Positions 26,814-36,285 of a stretch of 64,000 nucleotides of DNA are shown piece after piece. Made by a program: the position numbers and the translations under genes. The stretch comes from Candidatus Obscuribacteraceae bacterium (GTDB lineage: Bacteria > Cyanobacteriota > Vampirovibrionia > Obscuribacterales > Obscuribacteraceae), in the NCBI GenBank assembly GCA_044229845.1, contig JBGASG010000004.1, positions 64,001 through 128,000 of the forward strand, given 5' to 3'. The notes under the pieces are model-generated. The model saw nothing but the letters and a program-made list of their open reading frames with translations. It made no database searches and had not been told where the DNA came from. Within the stretch, counting starts at the first letter, position 1, and each line of letters begins with the position of its first letter.

Positions 26814-28025
26814 CTAAAGGACTCGGCAGAAAAGCACTTTCAAGTAAAACGACTCCGGCGTGGCGACGTTCACCGGATGATCCAGGCTGTTGCGGAAAGT
26901 TTCAAGAATCTGTATCTGCCTTCCCTGATGAGCGGCGGCCTCCCGCAGACAGTCTTCGAATTCGGCGAGCGAGACCGCGCCGGTGCAAGAGCAAACAATC
27001 AACAATCCGCCGCTGCGAGTCAGCTTGATCCCGGACGCATCCATGCGCACGTACGCTTTCTGCGCGCGGCCTTTTTCCTTGTGTCCCTTGGCAAATGCAG
27101 GCGGGTCGAGAATGACCACGTCAAATTGCGTGCCGCCGCTTTCCTGCTCAGCGAGCCACTGGAAGGCGTCAGCTTCCACGAACTCATGAGACTCGGGAGC
27201 AATGCCATTCAACTGGTAGTTTCTCCGAGCCGCAGATAAAGCCCGTTCCGAACTGTCGATGTTGATGGTCTTGATTGCCGGATTGGCGAGCGCCGCATAG
27301 ACTCCGAAGGCCCCGGTATAACTGAAAACATTGGCGACTGTGGCTTTGTCAGGCAAGCTCCGGCAGTAGCCCGCCAGATTGGCCCGCTTTTCGCGTTGAT
27401 CCGTGAAGAATCCCGTCTTCTGCCCGCTCACTACGTCGACCACAAACTGCAGATTGTTTTCTTTGACGATGAGCTCCGTCGGTACTTCGCCGTGCACGAT
27501 GACCGGCTCACTGAGCGGCACCCCCTCGCGCACGCGCACGCCTGCATCATTGCGGAGCACCACCGCTCGTGGTGCCACCACCGATTTCAGCGCAGAGAGA
27601 AAGTCATCCATGAGCAAGTCGGCACCGGCTGTGTGACTCTGCACGACACAAACACCATCGTAGTAGTCGACAATAAAGCCAGGCAGAAAGTCGCCTTCGG
27701 CGTTCACCAGACGAAATGCGTTCGTCGCCTGCCAATCTAAAGCCGCCCGGCGCAGGGCGCAGGCGTCCGCCAGGCGTTTCTTCAAGAAGTCCTGATCGAC
27801 AGTTTCTTCCTTGTCTCTGGAGAGAATGCGCACAGCGATGTCACAGGTCGGGTTGTAATATCCGCGCGCCACGAAGCGTCCATCTACATCAATCAGGTCG
27901 ACCAGGGCACCGGGTGATATTTTGCCGGGAGCCTGCGAGATGGCGCCGGAAAACAGCCACGGATGTCCGCGACTGACCTGGTATTCTCGACCTTTGCGAA
28001 TCGAAAGCTTGGGAAGCGCTTGCAA
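26814..28025 (-). CDS. rlmI: RlmI-like SAM-dependent rRNA methyltransferase
   Basis: GHPWLF PUA domain, RLVNAEGD, GQKTGFFTDQR, FSYTGAF, ILDPPAF, CSC. Confidence 0.88.
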   Translation of the reverse strand: MQALPKLSIRKGREYQVSRGHPWLFSGAISQAPGKISPGALVDLIDVDGRFVARGYYNPTCDIAVRILSRDKEETVDQDFLKKRLADACALRRAALDWQATNAFRLVNAEGDFLPGFIVDYYDGVCVVQSHTAGADLLMDDFLSALKSVVAPRAVVLRNDAGVRVREGVPLSEPVIVHGEVPTELIVKENNLQFVVDVVSGQKTGFFTDQREKRANLAGYCRSLPDKATVANVFSYTGAFGVYAALANPAIKTINIDSSERALSAARRNYQLNGIAPESHEFVEADAFQWLAEQESGGTQFDVVILDPPAFAKGHKEKGRAQKAYVRMDASGIKLTRSGGLLIVCSCTGAVSLAEFEDCLREAAAHQGRQIQILETFRNSLDHPVNVATPESFYLKVLFCRVL

Positions 28026-28026
28026 A

Positions 28027-29550
28027 CTAGCTGCTCAGATTTCCAGAAAGTGCGTCTTTGAGTATACCTTCAAAGTCGCCGCCCGAGTGCACGCGCCGCA
28101 CCACATCTGCGGCCTGCTGGTAGGTCAATTTGCCTTCCATAACCAGCGCCGCGCAGAGCACGGTAGCGTCCAGAACATCGAGAGTCAACACACCGGCATT
28201 GTGCAAGATGCTCAGCTCACGCGAGGTAGAGCGCGCATTGACGTCTTTGGCGCGTCTGATCGCTTCCTTGCCGCCACCCGCCGCCAAAGCCCAGAGATCT
28301 TCCGAGAGCTGTTCTACGGTTTCGTAGCGGTCTTCAGGACGTTTTTCCAGGCACTGGAAGATCACATCTTCCAATTGCTCAATCTCCATGCGCTCTGGGC
28401 GCACCGCCATTAGTGGCTGTGGACGTTCGTTGACCTGAGCGAGAATGGTGGCAAATGTGGTGGAGCGCACGAACGGGTGCAATCCCGTGATCGCCTCGTA
28501 CATGAGCGTGCCGATGGTGTAGATGTCGGAGCGTGGATCGAGCTCGGCGCCGCCGCATTGTTCGGGACTCATATAAGCCGGGCTGCCCAGTAGCTGTCCG
28601 GTGGTCGTCATACCGTCGCTCATGCTCGGATCGCGGAAAGTCTTCGCGATGCCGAAGTCGATGATCTTGACCAACAAATTGCCGTTCGGCTCGGTGACAA
28701 TAATCACGTTGCCCGGCTTGAGGTCACGGTGAATCAAGCCGTGTTCATGTGCGTAAGCCAACCCCGCGCAGATCTGCATGAATATATTGAGGAAAACGGG
28801 CAACTCCAGCCCACGCTCCTGCAATATATCCGCCATGCGCACGCCATCCAGGTACTCCATCACCAGGTAGGGCTGTCCGAATTGGGACACGCCGTACGAT
28901 TTCATGCCAACCAGGTTCGGATGATCGAAGTTTTTCGCTACTTCAGCTTCGTTCTTGAAACGCGCCACGTTAGCCGGGTCGAGCAACAGGTCGGCCCGCA
29001 ATACTTTCAACGCGACGTAGTCGTGCGACTGGCAATGCCGGGCTTTGTAGACCAAGCCCATGCCGCCTGAACCGATGACATCAAACAACTCGTATCCCTC
29101 GAAGAAGTTCGACTCATGAGCCGGGCGCTCCATGGTGATGGCTTCTTCTTCGTAGTCGGCAGATTCGGCGAGCAACTGCGGGCGCAGGCTTTCAGGTATA
29201 ACGGCGGGCTGTTGCTCTTTCTGCAGGTCTTCGTGGACCAGGCTGAATATTAATTCTGTGTCTGGAGTCGCATAGCTCCACAAGAGATGCAGGTCCGTTC
29301 CTTCCTCGAAATGGAGAAGCCAGTTCGGGATGGCATCCGGACCGTTGCAGGTGACGGTGAGCAAATAATTCTTGGGGGTTCCGGGCTTCTTCCAGGAAAG
29401 CGCCATCGGCGTGCGGGCGTTGGTCTGCGCCTGCAAAGCGCTGTGCAGCAGATCGTCTACAGTCGGGAGACCCGACAGGAACCGCGTTTTCGGAGTCGGA
29501 GGTGGCTCCGGGCGCTGCGGCTTCTTTCCAAATTTGTTCTGTAAAGCCAT
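28027..29550 (-). CDS. cytoplasmic Ser/Thr kinase with N-terminal accessory domain and C-terminal MshEN-like half repeat
   Basis: GSGGMG, HRDLKPGN, DFGIA, GSPAYMSPE; no TM helix. Confidence 0.93.
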   Translation of the reverse strand: MALQNKFGKKPQRPEPPPTPKTRFLSGLPTVDDLLHSALQAQTNARTPMALSWKKPGTPKNYLLTVTCNGPDAIPNWLLHFEEGTDLHLLWSYATPDTELIFSLVHEDLQKEQQPAVIPESLRPQLLAESADYEEEAITMERPAHESNFFEGYELFDVIGSGGMGLVYKARHCQSHDYVALKVLRADLLLDPANVARFKNEAEVAKNFDHPNLVGMKSYGVSQFGQPYLVMEYLDGVRMADILQERGLELPVFLNIFMQICAGLAYAHEHGLIHRDLKPGNVIIVTEPNGNLLVKIIDFGIAKTFRDPSMSDGMTTTGQLLGSPAYMSPEQCGGAELDPRSDIYTIGTLMYEAITGLHPFVRSTTFATILAQVNERPQPLMAVRPERMEIEQLEDVIFQCLEKRPEDRYETVEQLSEDLWALAAGGGKEAIRRAKDVNARSTSRELSILHNAGVLTLDVLDATVLCAALVMEGKLTYQQAADVVRRVHSGGDFEGILKDALSGNLSS

Positions 29551-29757
29551 GGTGGGGTCGCCGGTCTGTCCTTATCTGTTATCTGCCACGCCCGGCGGCC
29601 CCCTAAGCCTTAAATTCTCATCGCCTGAAAACGGCATTGATACTGCATTTGGTATCAATTGCAGTCAAGAGCTGCGTCCGGGGAAAAGGGTTCGGCTGGC
29701 ACTTGTGTCTTTCCGTCTACATGATATTCTCGGGATTAGGAATCCGTTGGAATCGCC

Positions 29758-30336
29758 ATGGCAACCAAAATTTTTCTCGTCGAAGACAGTGAAGTGACCC
29801 GCAGCGCGGTGCAGCACCTTCTCAAGCGCATCGACGGTATGGAAGTGGTGGGCACCGCCTCTGATGGTCAATCGGCGGTTGAGGCAGTGCTGGGCGCCGC
29901 TCCGGACGTGGTTTTAATGGACATCGGGCTGCCGGTGCTGGACGGCATCGAAGCCACCAAGCGAATCAGGTCGGGCAACCCCGACATCAAAGTCTTGATG
30001 GTGACAGCCAGCAAAACCGACCATGACACCTGCGCCGCATTCGCTGCCGGTGCCAATGGCTATATCGTCAAAGAAAGCATCAATCCTGAGCGGCTGGAAA
30101 CCGCCGTGCGCAGCGTCGCCAAAGGGGACGGCTGGCTGGATGCGCAAATCGCGCAATACGTCCTGGACGTAGCCGTTCAGGTCCACCAGTTCACCCACGA
30201 CCTGGAGCCCCTTTCCAATAGTGAGCGCGAAACCCTCGAACAGGTGGCTCACAACCCTGGCTGCACGGGCGATACGTGTTCAGTCGACCCGGATTTCTTC
30301 CGCCGGCTGCACCGATTTTCTAAGACACTCAAGTAA
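29758..30336 (+). CDS. NarL-type receiver protein with truncated HTH
   Basis: VEDS, MDIGLPVLDG, GANGYIVK; LSNSERETLEQVA followed by a CxxxxC tail. Confidence 0.88.
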   Translation: MATKIFLVEDSEVTRSAVQHLLKRIDGMEVVGTASDGQSAVEAVLGAAPDVVLMDIGLPVLDGIEATKRIRSGNPDIKVLMVTASKTDHDTCAAFAAGANGYIVKESINPERLETAVRSVAKGDGWLDAQIAQYVLDVAVQVHQFTHDLEPLSNSERETLEQVAHNPGCTGDTCSVDPDFFRRLHRFSKTLK

Positions 30337-30353
30337 ACCGGCACAAGCGGTCG

Positions 30354-31553
30354 CTATGCAGTAGCCGGATTGTCTTTGCCGGTTTGCTTGGCCCAACCGG
30401 AGACAAGTCCTTTAACGGTCGCCACATAGCCGCGCTCGTTGTTGTTGTCTGAGCCGGGTGCGTACTTGCTGATGATTTGCGAAAGCGTTTGCGCTCCAAA
30501 ACCGCCTTCATTGGGCGAGGCCAGGTATTTGTTGCGAATCAGGCGGAACCAATCTTCGGCGCCTTCCGTGAAGTTGTGGTAGGTACGGAACGTACCATCA
30601 CTGCCGGCGGGACCCGAGCCTTTGATGTTGCCCCAGCTGTTGTTGCGCACGGCGGCACCTTTAGTCCCGGCGCTTGATTCCTGGATGAAGAAAGCGAGAG
30701 CGACAGCGGCGTTGATGTTGTACTTCTCACCCATAGCGATCAAATCTTTGCCGATGCCCTGGGCTGGAGAGTGGAACTGAGCCAGAACCTCATCGATTTT
30801 TTCGGCAGTAATGGTGTTAGGACCATCTACCCGCAGGTCGCCCTGCAAGGGTGGCGGCAGATCGACGCGCTGACCGCGGTCGTTGGTGCCATAGTTTTCG
30901 CCACGATAGGTGCCGTGATTGGAAAAGCGTTCGGCGCCGCCACCAGGACTGCCGCCGCCCGGGCTGCCGCCCAGGTTGCTGGACAGGCCGCCCGGATTGA
31001 AGCGCTGCTGCGGAGCCGGTGCCTCGGACGGACCCGGTGTCGGAGCGGGCGTTTCGGCCGTGTTGCGCGGAATAGCGGTCGGTATATCCGGATCCTTGTT
31101 GAGCATCGCCAGCCAGTGCTGCGGAATTTCGGCTCCGGGATTGTTCTTCTGGAAGTATGAAATCATCTCTTGAGCAGCTTGCTTCTGGAGCTGGTTAGCA
31201 ACTTTCGCCGCTTCGATTTCGCTGGCGTTTGCCGGTCCTTCCATTTGTATGTTCAGCTTGCCATCGGCAGAAGGCGTCGTCTTGGCGGGGTTAGCGCGAA
31301 GCTGCCCGTCTTCGCCGAGGAAGAAATCCGGCTGGGCGCTGTTGGCGGCGTTCTCGGCCGCGGTCGTGAAATTGACACCTCTGGCGGAGTCGAGCGCCGG
31401 TTTGATGCTCTCCCAACCGACGGCGGCGAACGATGGGCGGTCTCCCGACGCATCGGATAGTTGCGGGTAGACCGACGAAAAATCGAGCCCGCTGATTTTG
31501 CTGGCGGCGATTTCAGAGCCACGCCAGCTACTTGCTTCCAGACCACCTGTCAT
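30354..31553 (-). CDS. protein with C-terminal GH73/Bax-like glucosaminidase (lysozyme-fold) domain
   Basis: KYNINAAVALAFFIQESSAG, NSWGNIK, FRTY, IISKYAP; no signal peptide. Confidence 0.8.
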   Translation of the reverse strand: MTGGLEASSWRGSEIAASKISGLDFSSVYPQLSDASGDRPSFAAVGWESIKPALDSARGVNFTTAAENAANSAQPDFFLGEDGQLRANPAKTTPSADGKLNIQMEGPANASEIEAAKVANQLQKQAAQEMISYFQKNNPGAEIPQHWLAMLNKDPDIPTAIPRNTAETPAPTPGPSEAPAPQQRFNPGGLSSNLGGSPGGGSPGGGAERFSNHGTYRGENYGTNDRGQRVDLPPPLQGDLRVDGPNTITAEKIDEVLAQFHSPAQGIGKDLIAMGEKYNINAAVALAFFIQESSAGTKGAAVRNNSWGNIKGSGPAGSDGTFRTYHNFTEGAEDWFRLIRNKYLASPNEGGFGAQTLSQIISKYAPGSDNNNERGYVATVKGLVSGWAKQTGKDNPATA

Positions 31554-31825
31554 GAGTCAAAGACCTCTGGGGGAACTTCGTGAATGGGCATAGCAAAGCC
31601 GCGGAAAAGCTTCCGGAGCGACGGCTGAACTACCCAAGGAACGGATTGATTAGAGAATATTCCTGAAGCCAAGGTGTGTCAACGGAAGTATGGGAGGATT
31701 CCCACGGTGAGCGGATTAGAACATTCTGCGCCCGCTTCCCCCAGAGGCACTTCAGTGTTTACCCTGCCGCGACACGACCCTGTTTCGTTCGATGATTAGA
31801 CTCAACTCCCATTGAGGAAACGGTC

Positions 31826-33208
31826 ATGCAAAGCAAACACCCGCGGGTGCTCGTGTCGCTCACGATCGCCCTGGCAGTTGGCAGCGGCGTATTTTTCCTG
31901 GCCAAGGCCAATAGCGAAAACGGCGTTAAAGTCGCAGAAAACAGCGGCATCCAGATCAAAACGGACTACAGTCATCCCAGCAAAGAAACAAGCAAAGCAC
32001 CAGCAAGCGAAGCATCGGCAGGCGAAACTGCAAAAGAAACCGGCACCACCGGTGAAACCATCAACAAAAGTGAAACCATCAACATCACAGCCAAGCCGCT
32101 TAGCGATGAGGTCAATCGCGGGCTCGCGTATCTAGTATCGCAACAGGATAAATCCGGCGGCTGGGCGCAGGGCGACGAAGCGAAAAGCATGGGCAACACC
32201 GCAAAAGTCGGTGAGGTCCCCAACGTTGCCGATACATGTCTGGCCGGTCTGGCGTTGATACGCTCCGGCAACTATCCCAACTCAGGGAAGTACGCCGACA
32301 ACGTCAACCGTGCCGTTTCCTTCGTTTGCGAAAGTGTCGAGAAGGCTGATGCAGACTCGATCTACATCACGGATGTACGCAATACCCGCGTGCAAATGAA
32401 GCTCGGTCCGTACGTGGATACTTTTTTCGCTTCCCTGTTCTTGTCCGAAGCCAAAGACCACATGTCGGATGATGCGGGACTCGCTCGCGTTCGTATTGCA
32501 TTGCAGAAAGTGGTGCACAAGATCCAGCAAAACCAACAGACTGATGGTCAATGGGCCGGCGGCGGCTGGGCTCCGATCCACTCACAGGCTCTGGCAATTC
32601 GTGGATTGAACCGCGCCAAACAAGTAGGCGCCGTTGTATCGGACGACTCGTTGGTCAGCGCGGAAACTTTCGCCAAGAAAAACTTCGATCGGCGCACCAA
32701 TTCATTTGGCGGTTTGGGATCGGCCGGCATCGGGCTTTATTCAGCAGGCGCCACGGTCGGCGCGTTGCAAGGTTCAATCGACACAAACACCCTGAAAAAG
32801 AGCGGACTCAATCAGCAGATTGCCAGTGCCACCACGTCGGAAGAGGTGAAAGCCAATGCCCGCAAAGAATTGACCCGCATTCAGGATGCGGAAGACGAGC
32901 AGAAACAAGCAATGGACGCCGTTTCGAATCAAATTCGCGACGACAGATTCGTTGCCGGATTCGGCTGCAACGGTGGCGAAGAATTCCTCAGTTACCTGCA
33001 CATAAGCGAGGGACTGATTGCCGGTAAGCGTTCTGAATTTCCCGCCTGGGATAAGAAAATCACCGCCAACCTCAACAAAGTGCAAAACCAGGACGGCAGC
33101 TGGATGGGTCAGCATTGCATCACCAGTCGCACGTTCTGCACGGGAGCTGCGCTCATGGTGTTGATGGCCGACCGGTCAGCGAACCCATCGATTGCTTCTT
33201 CTAAGTGA
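31826..33208 (+). CDS. secreted prenyltransferase/squalene-cyclase-repeat (alpha/alpha toroid) protein
   Basis: QW-like motifs QQDKSGGW, QQTDGQW, QNQDGSW; N-terminal signal/anchor. Confidence 0.75.
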   Translation: MQSKHPRVLVSLTIALAVGSGVFFLAKANSENGVKVAENSGIQIKTDYSHPSKETSKAPASEASAGETAKETGTTGETINKSETINITAKPLSDEVNRGLAYLVSQQDKSGGWAQGDEAKSMGNTAKVGEVPNVADTCLAGLALIRSGNYPNSGKYADNVNRAVSFVCESVEKADADSIYITDVRNTRVQMKLGPYVDTFFASLFLSEAKDHMSDDAGLARVRIALQKVVHKIQQNQQTDGQWAGGGWAPIHSQALAIRGLNRAKQVGAVVSDDSLVSAETFAKKNFDRRTNSFGGLGSAGIGLYSAGATVGALQGSIDTNTLKKSGLNQQIASATTSEEVKANARKELTRIQDAEDEQKQAMDAVSNQIRDDRFVAGFGCNGGEEFLSYLHISEGLIAGKRSEFPAWDKKITANLNKVQNQDGSWMGQHCITSRTFCTGAALMVLMADRSANPSIASSK

Positions 33209-33226
33209 GTTTCGACCTAGCCCGAC

Positions 33227-33706
33227 CTAGCGCCAGTTCTGCACCAGCGGCTTGACCCGTTTATGACTGATGCGAGCCTTCGTTTTGGTCGCAACAGCAG
33301 GTTTCTTCGCCGGCTTGACATAAGCATTCGAGTCAGTCTTCGAGTTGACGTTTGAATTGAGATTCGGGTTGACCTTCGAACTTACGTTCGGGTTTACCTT
33401 CGAATCGATGTTCGGATTAACCTTCGAATTAACTCTGGTATCGACTTTGGTGTCCCATTCCTTAATCGTCGAGCTGTAGCTTGGATTTACCGAGTTAGTC
33501 GTAGGACTTGCAGGCGCGGGCGTCGTCATCACGCCGGAGGGAGTGACCACTGTGTTAGCAGGGGGTGTCAGAATGACCGGTCCCGGTGCCTGTGAGCTTG
33601 CCTGACTGCCGGCTTCCGATCCACCAGCGTACGCTATTTGATAGCCTCCGGCCGCGCAAGAGACCAAGGCCAGCAAGGCAAAGCTCAGCATTTTCGTTCT
33701 GTTCAT
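33227..33706 (-). CDS. secreted low-complexity protein with SKVNPN repeats
   Basis: GAGGAG RBS before ATG 33706; signal peptide; 8-aa repeats; basic tail. Confidence 0.65.
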   Translation of the reverse strand: MNRTKMLSFALLALVSCAAGGYQIAYAGGSEAGSQASSQAPGPVILTPPANTVVTPSGVMTTPAPASPTTNSVNPSYSSTIKEWDTKVDTRVNSKVNPNIDSKVNPNVSSKVNPNLNSNVNSKTDSNAYVKPAKKPAVATKTKARISHKRVKPLVQNWR

Positions 33707-33937
33707 AGGTCGACTCCTCGTATGCAAAAGAGGTGGACGGAGCCTCCTGTGAATTGGTTCCGGCTGAGTTACCGCCGCACCATTGCACCAGTTTCTGTGC
33801 AGCAACCCCAGTTTTTGCACTCGAAACACCTGGCGCAGGCTAGTTCGAGTGCAGGTTTAGCTCAACTTGCACCAAACTTGCTTAGTGCACTGGCGGGGTT
33901 AATCGAACGCGTCGATCTGATGCGCCGCGGCCGTCGC

Positions 33938-34759
33938 TCAGAGCATCGTGAACTTTTCTTTTTCCATCCCATGCAAAACGGTGATAGATGCGGCTGTCTT
34001 CAAGATTTTCTCAAAAAGCTGCCGGTCTACTTTGTTCTTTGACTTAGCGAGATCTCTAATCCGCTTCATGTGCGCCACCGCTGAAAACATCGAGTAATCC
34101 GCCATGAATACGCGCGTGCCGTCAGCCGCTCGCATCTCCCTCAGATGACGATGTCCAACAAAGAGAGCAGGATGCAATTCCTTCAAGGATTTGCTTGGAT
34201 GTTTGGTAAGCGTCACTTGCATACCGGGCTTCATCGAGATGACACCATCGACGGTGCGCACCAGCACCGTGCCTCGGTGCGCATCATAGAGGTCGAGAAC
34301 CGTTACGCCATCGTCTCTCTTCAAGACGACCGCGACGCAACCAGCCCCCACGGTGATCTGCCCTTCATCAGTGGTGACGGTGGTGTCCTTATCCGGACGC
34401 ACTAAAACACTTCCACCATCAAGGTCGTAGTTGCCGATCTCCGGATGGAAATCGACGTCGACGGGCTCGCGAGTGAGATTCACCAGTTCCTGAGTAGCTT
34501 CATACTCGGTCGGGTCGGTTTCTTCAAAAGTGCCTGCATGCAATTCACCTTCGACCGTCGATACCTCGTTGGTCTGAATTTGCTGCACGAACTGCGTCGA
34601 TTGTTCTTGATTGACTCTCGATGTCGGAGTGATATCGGTCTGAACGCGGAAGCGGGTCGCGTCCTGAGATTCGGACTGCGCCCGCACCGCCTGGCTGTTG
34701 TTCGCAAACACCAGAGTTAAAGCGATAGCGATTGTCAATTGTGGACGGCGACAGGGCAC
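33938..34759 (-). CDS. secreted hypothetical protein (possible FecR-like beta domain)
   Basis: Signal peptide ending VRA-QS; beta-rich GSVLV..VTT..G.ITV. Confidence 0.6.
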   Translation of the reverse strand: MPCRRPQLTIAIALTLVFANNSQAVRAQSESQDATRFRVQTDITPTSRVNQEQSTQFVQQIQTNEVSTVEGELHAGTFEETDPTEYEATQELVNLTREPVDVDFHPEIGNYDLDGGSVLVRPDKDTTVTTDEGQITVGAGCVAVVLKRDDGVTVLDLYDAHRGTVLVRTVDGVISMKPGMQVTLTKHPSKSLKELHPALFVGHRHLREMRAADGTRVFMADYSMFSAVAHMKRIRDLAKSKNKVDRQLFEKILKTAASITVLHGMEKEKFTML

Positions 34760-34810
34760 GGCATTTCATTTGAGGTAACACCATAGTCTACCCCAGCCGC
34801 GTTCGTTAGT

Positions 34811-35635
34811 TTAAGCCGTCAATTTTTGATCCCGATTGCGATCGAGGGGCGTGTCCGGACCACTGATTTGCAAAGAAGGAAGTTGCAGTTTCTTCTGTTC
34901 TTGCAGTTGGGCTTTCTGCTGGTCCTTCAGCCACTGGTCCAGATCCTGGCGATATATACCCTGGCGTTCCGCCCCCGGTACACCTGGGACATGATCTGCA
35001 GTGTTGGCAATCTTGTCCCAGTTATTCAGAATCACGTTCAGGCTGGTCCGCTTCTCACCAGGAACAGACTTGAGGAAATTCTCGAACTCCGCTTTCGTCA
35101 GCGAGCCGTTGCCGTCAGTGTCAATCTTGTCGAAACGGGTCGTTTGTCCCGGCTCCGGACGGAAGAAGAAACGTCGCATGTCGCCGATGGCGACCGGTTC
35201 GTTGGTTTCGACGTGAGTGCTCATGCCGGTCGGATGCTGTGCGTCGCGCTTTTGCTCTCTGGTAATCGGTCCGGCGGGCTTGCCGTTTTTCCAGGCACAT
35301 TCGCCGACAACCTTGCCGTCTTTCGCATCGACGATGTACATCTCATCAGCCTGACTCTTACCGTGCGGGACATGGGCGATCATCAGGTGTCCGGTCTTAT
35401 CGAAGCCCACCAGATGCAAATCATCCTTGCCATGCAATGGTCCACCCGGAGCATGCAGCCCCTTATCGAACTGCTGCATCTGGTGGGAAAAACTCTTGTG
35501 GGCATTGTTTCCGGCATCGACTGTGTGACTGCGCGACCAGATATGGGCGGCTTCAGTCATCATCTTTTCGCCGGCGCCATTCTGTGTGTGATTGACCAGG
35601 GTCTCGCCTAGCTCATGGTGCAGGTGTTTGCTCAT
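34811..35635 (-). CDS. EF-hand-containing hypothetical protein
   Basis: DTDGNGSLTKAE EF-hand loop; GGAG before ATG 35635; His-rich N-terminus. Confidence 0.7.
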   Translation of the reverse strand: MSKHLHHELGETLVNHTQNGAGEKMMTEAAHIWSRSHTVDAGNNAHKSFSHQMQQFDKGLHAPGGPLHGKDDLHLVGFDKTGHLMIAHVPHGKSQADEMYIVDAKDGKVVGECAWKNGKPAGPITREQKRDAQHPTGMSTHVETNEPVAIGDMRRFFFRPEPGQTTRFDKIDTDGNGSLTKAEFENFLKSVPGEKRTSLNVILNNWDKIANTADHVPGVPGAERQGIYRQDLDQWLKDQQKAQLQEQKKLQLPSLQISGPDTPLDRNRDQKLTA

Positions 35636-35844
35636 TTGCGCCGCTCCGATGGGGTCGATAGCGACACTGTATGGAAACCGCCGACCAAATTCGGGACACG
35701 CTTGTGACAATTTCGGGTCAGCAAAACTGGCGGTGCGTAATTATGCACTTTGCTATGCATGGATAACCATTGGAGATACAGATCTAGAAAGAGACAATTC
35801 AAATGTAAAAGGGGTTGGGCGTTATTTCGCCGAGGCAATTACTA

Positions 35845-36270
35845 ATGACGAACCTGGAGCAGCAACTGCACACACCGCAAGCCACGATGGCTGTCGCTGG
35901 TGCACCCACGTATCCGGCGCGCGCGCCGGTAGTCGACCGGCAGTTCGAGACCGGCGGACTGGACCAATTGCCCGACGGACAGTTATTTAATCGGCGCGGC
36001 GTTGAAGCATTCAATCGCGCCCGACAAGAAGCCCTGGCTCAGGGGCTCGATATAAAAGTCGTCTGCGCGCTACGCAGTGAGCCGACGATGCCGCTTTATC
36101 CATTCCGCGGACGCCGTTCTGCTGCCAGTTGCTCCACTCACGACCTCGAACGCGGCGCGATCGGTATCGATATCGACAAGTGGTGGCAGGTCAAAGAAAT
36201 TTTGGAGAAACACGGATTCCGCTGGAAAAACCATCCGGATCATCCGGGTCACTTCGATTTCGTCAACTAA
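35845..36270 (+). CDS. M15-like Zn peptidase (D-Ala-D-Ala carboxypeptidase fold)
   Basis: LRS..STH..GIDI..LEKHGFRW..DHPGHFDF; GAGG RBS. Confidence 0.7.
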   Translation: MTNLEQQLHTPQATMAVAGAPTYPARAPVVDRQFETGGLDQLPDGQLFNRRGVEAFNRARQEALAQGLDIKVVCALRSEPTMPLYPFRGRRSAASCSTHDLERGAIGIDIDKWWQVKEILEKHGFRWKNHPDHPGHFDFVN

Positions 36271-36285
36271 CTAAGCTAAGTAGCC

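Noticed and set aside
33780..33895. NtrC/sigma54-like TGCAC sites
   Set aside because: Spacing is N8 rather than N7 and there is no correct -24/-12 element; may still be regulatory but unsupported.
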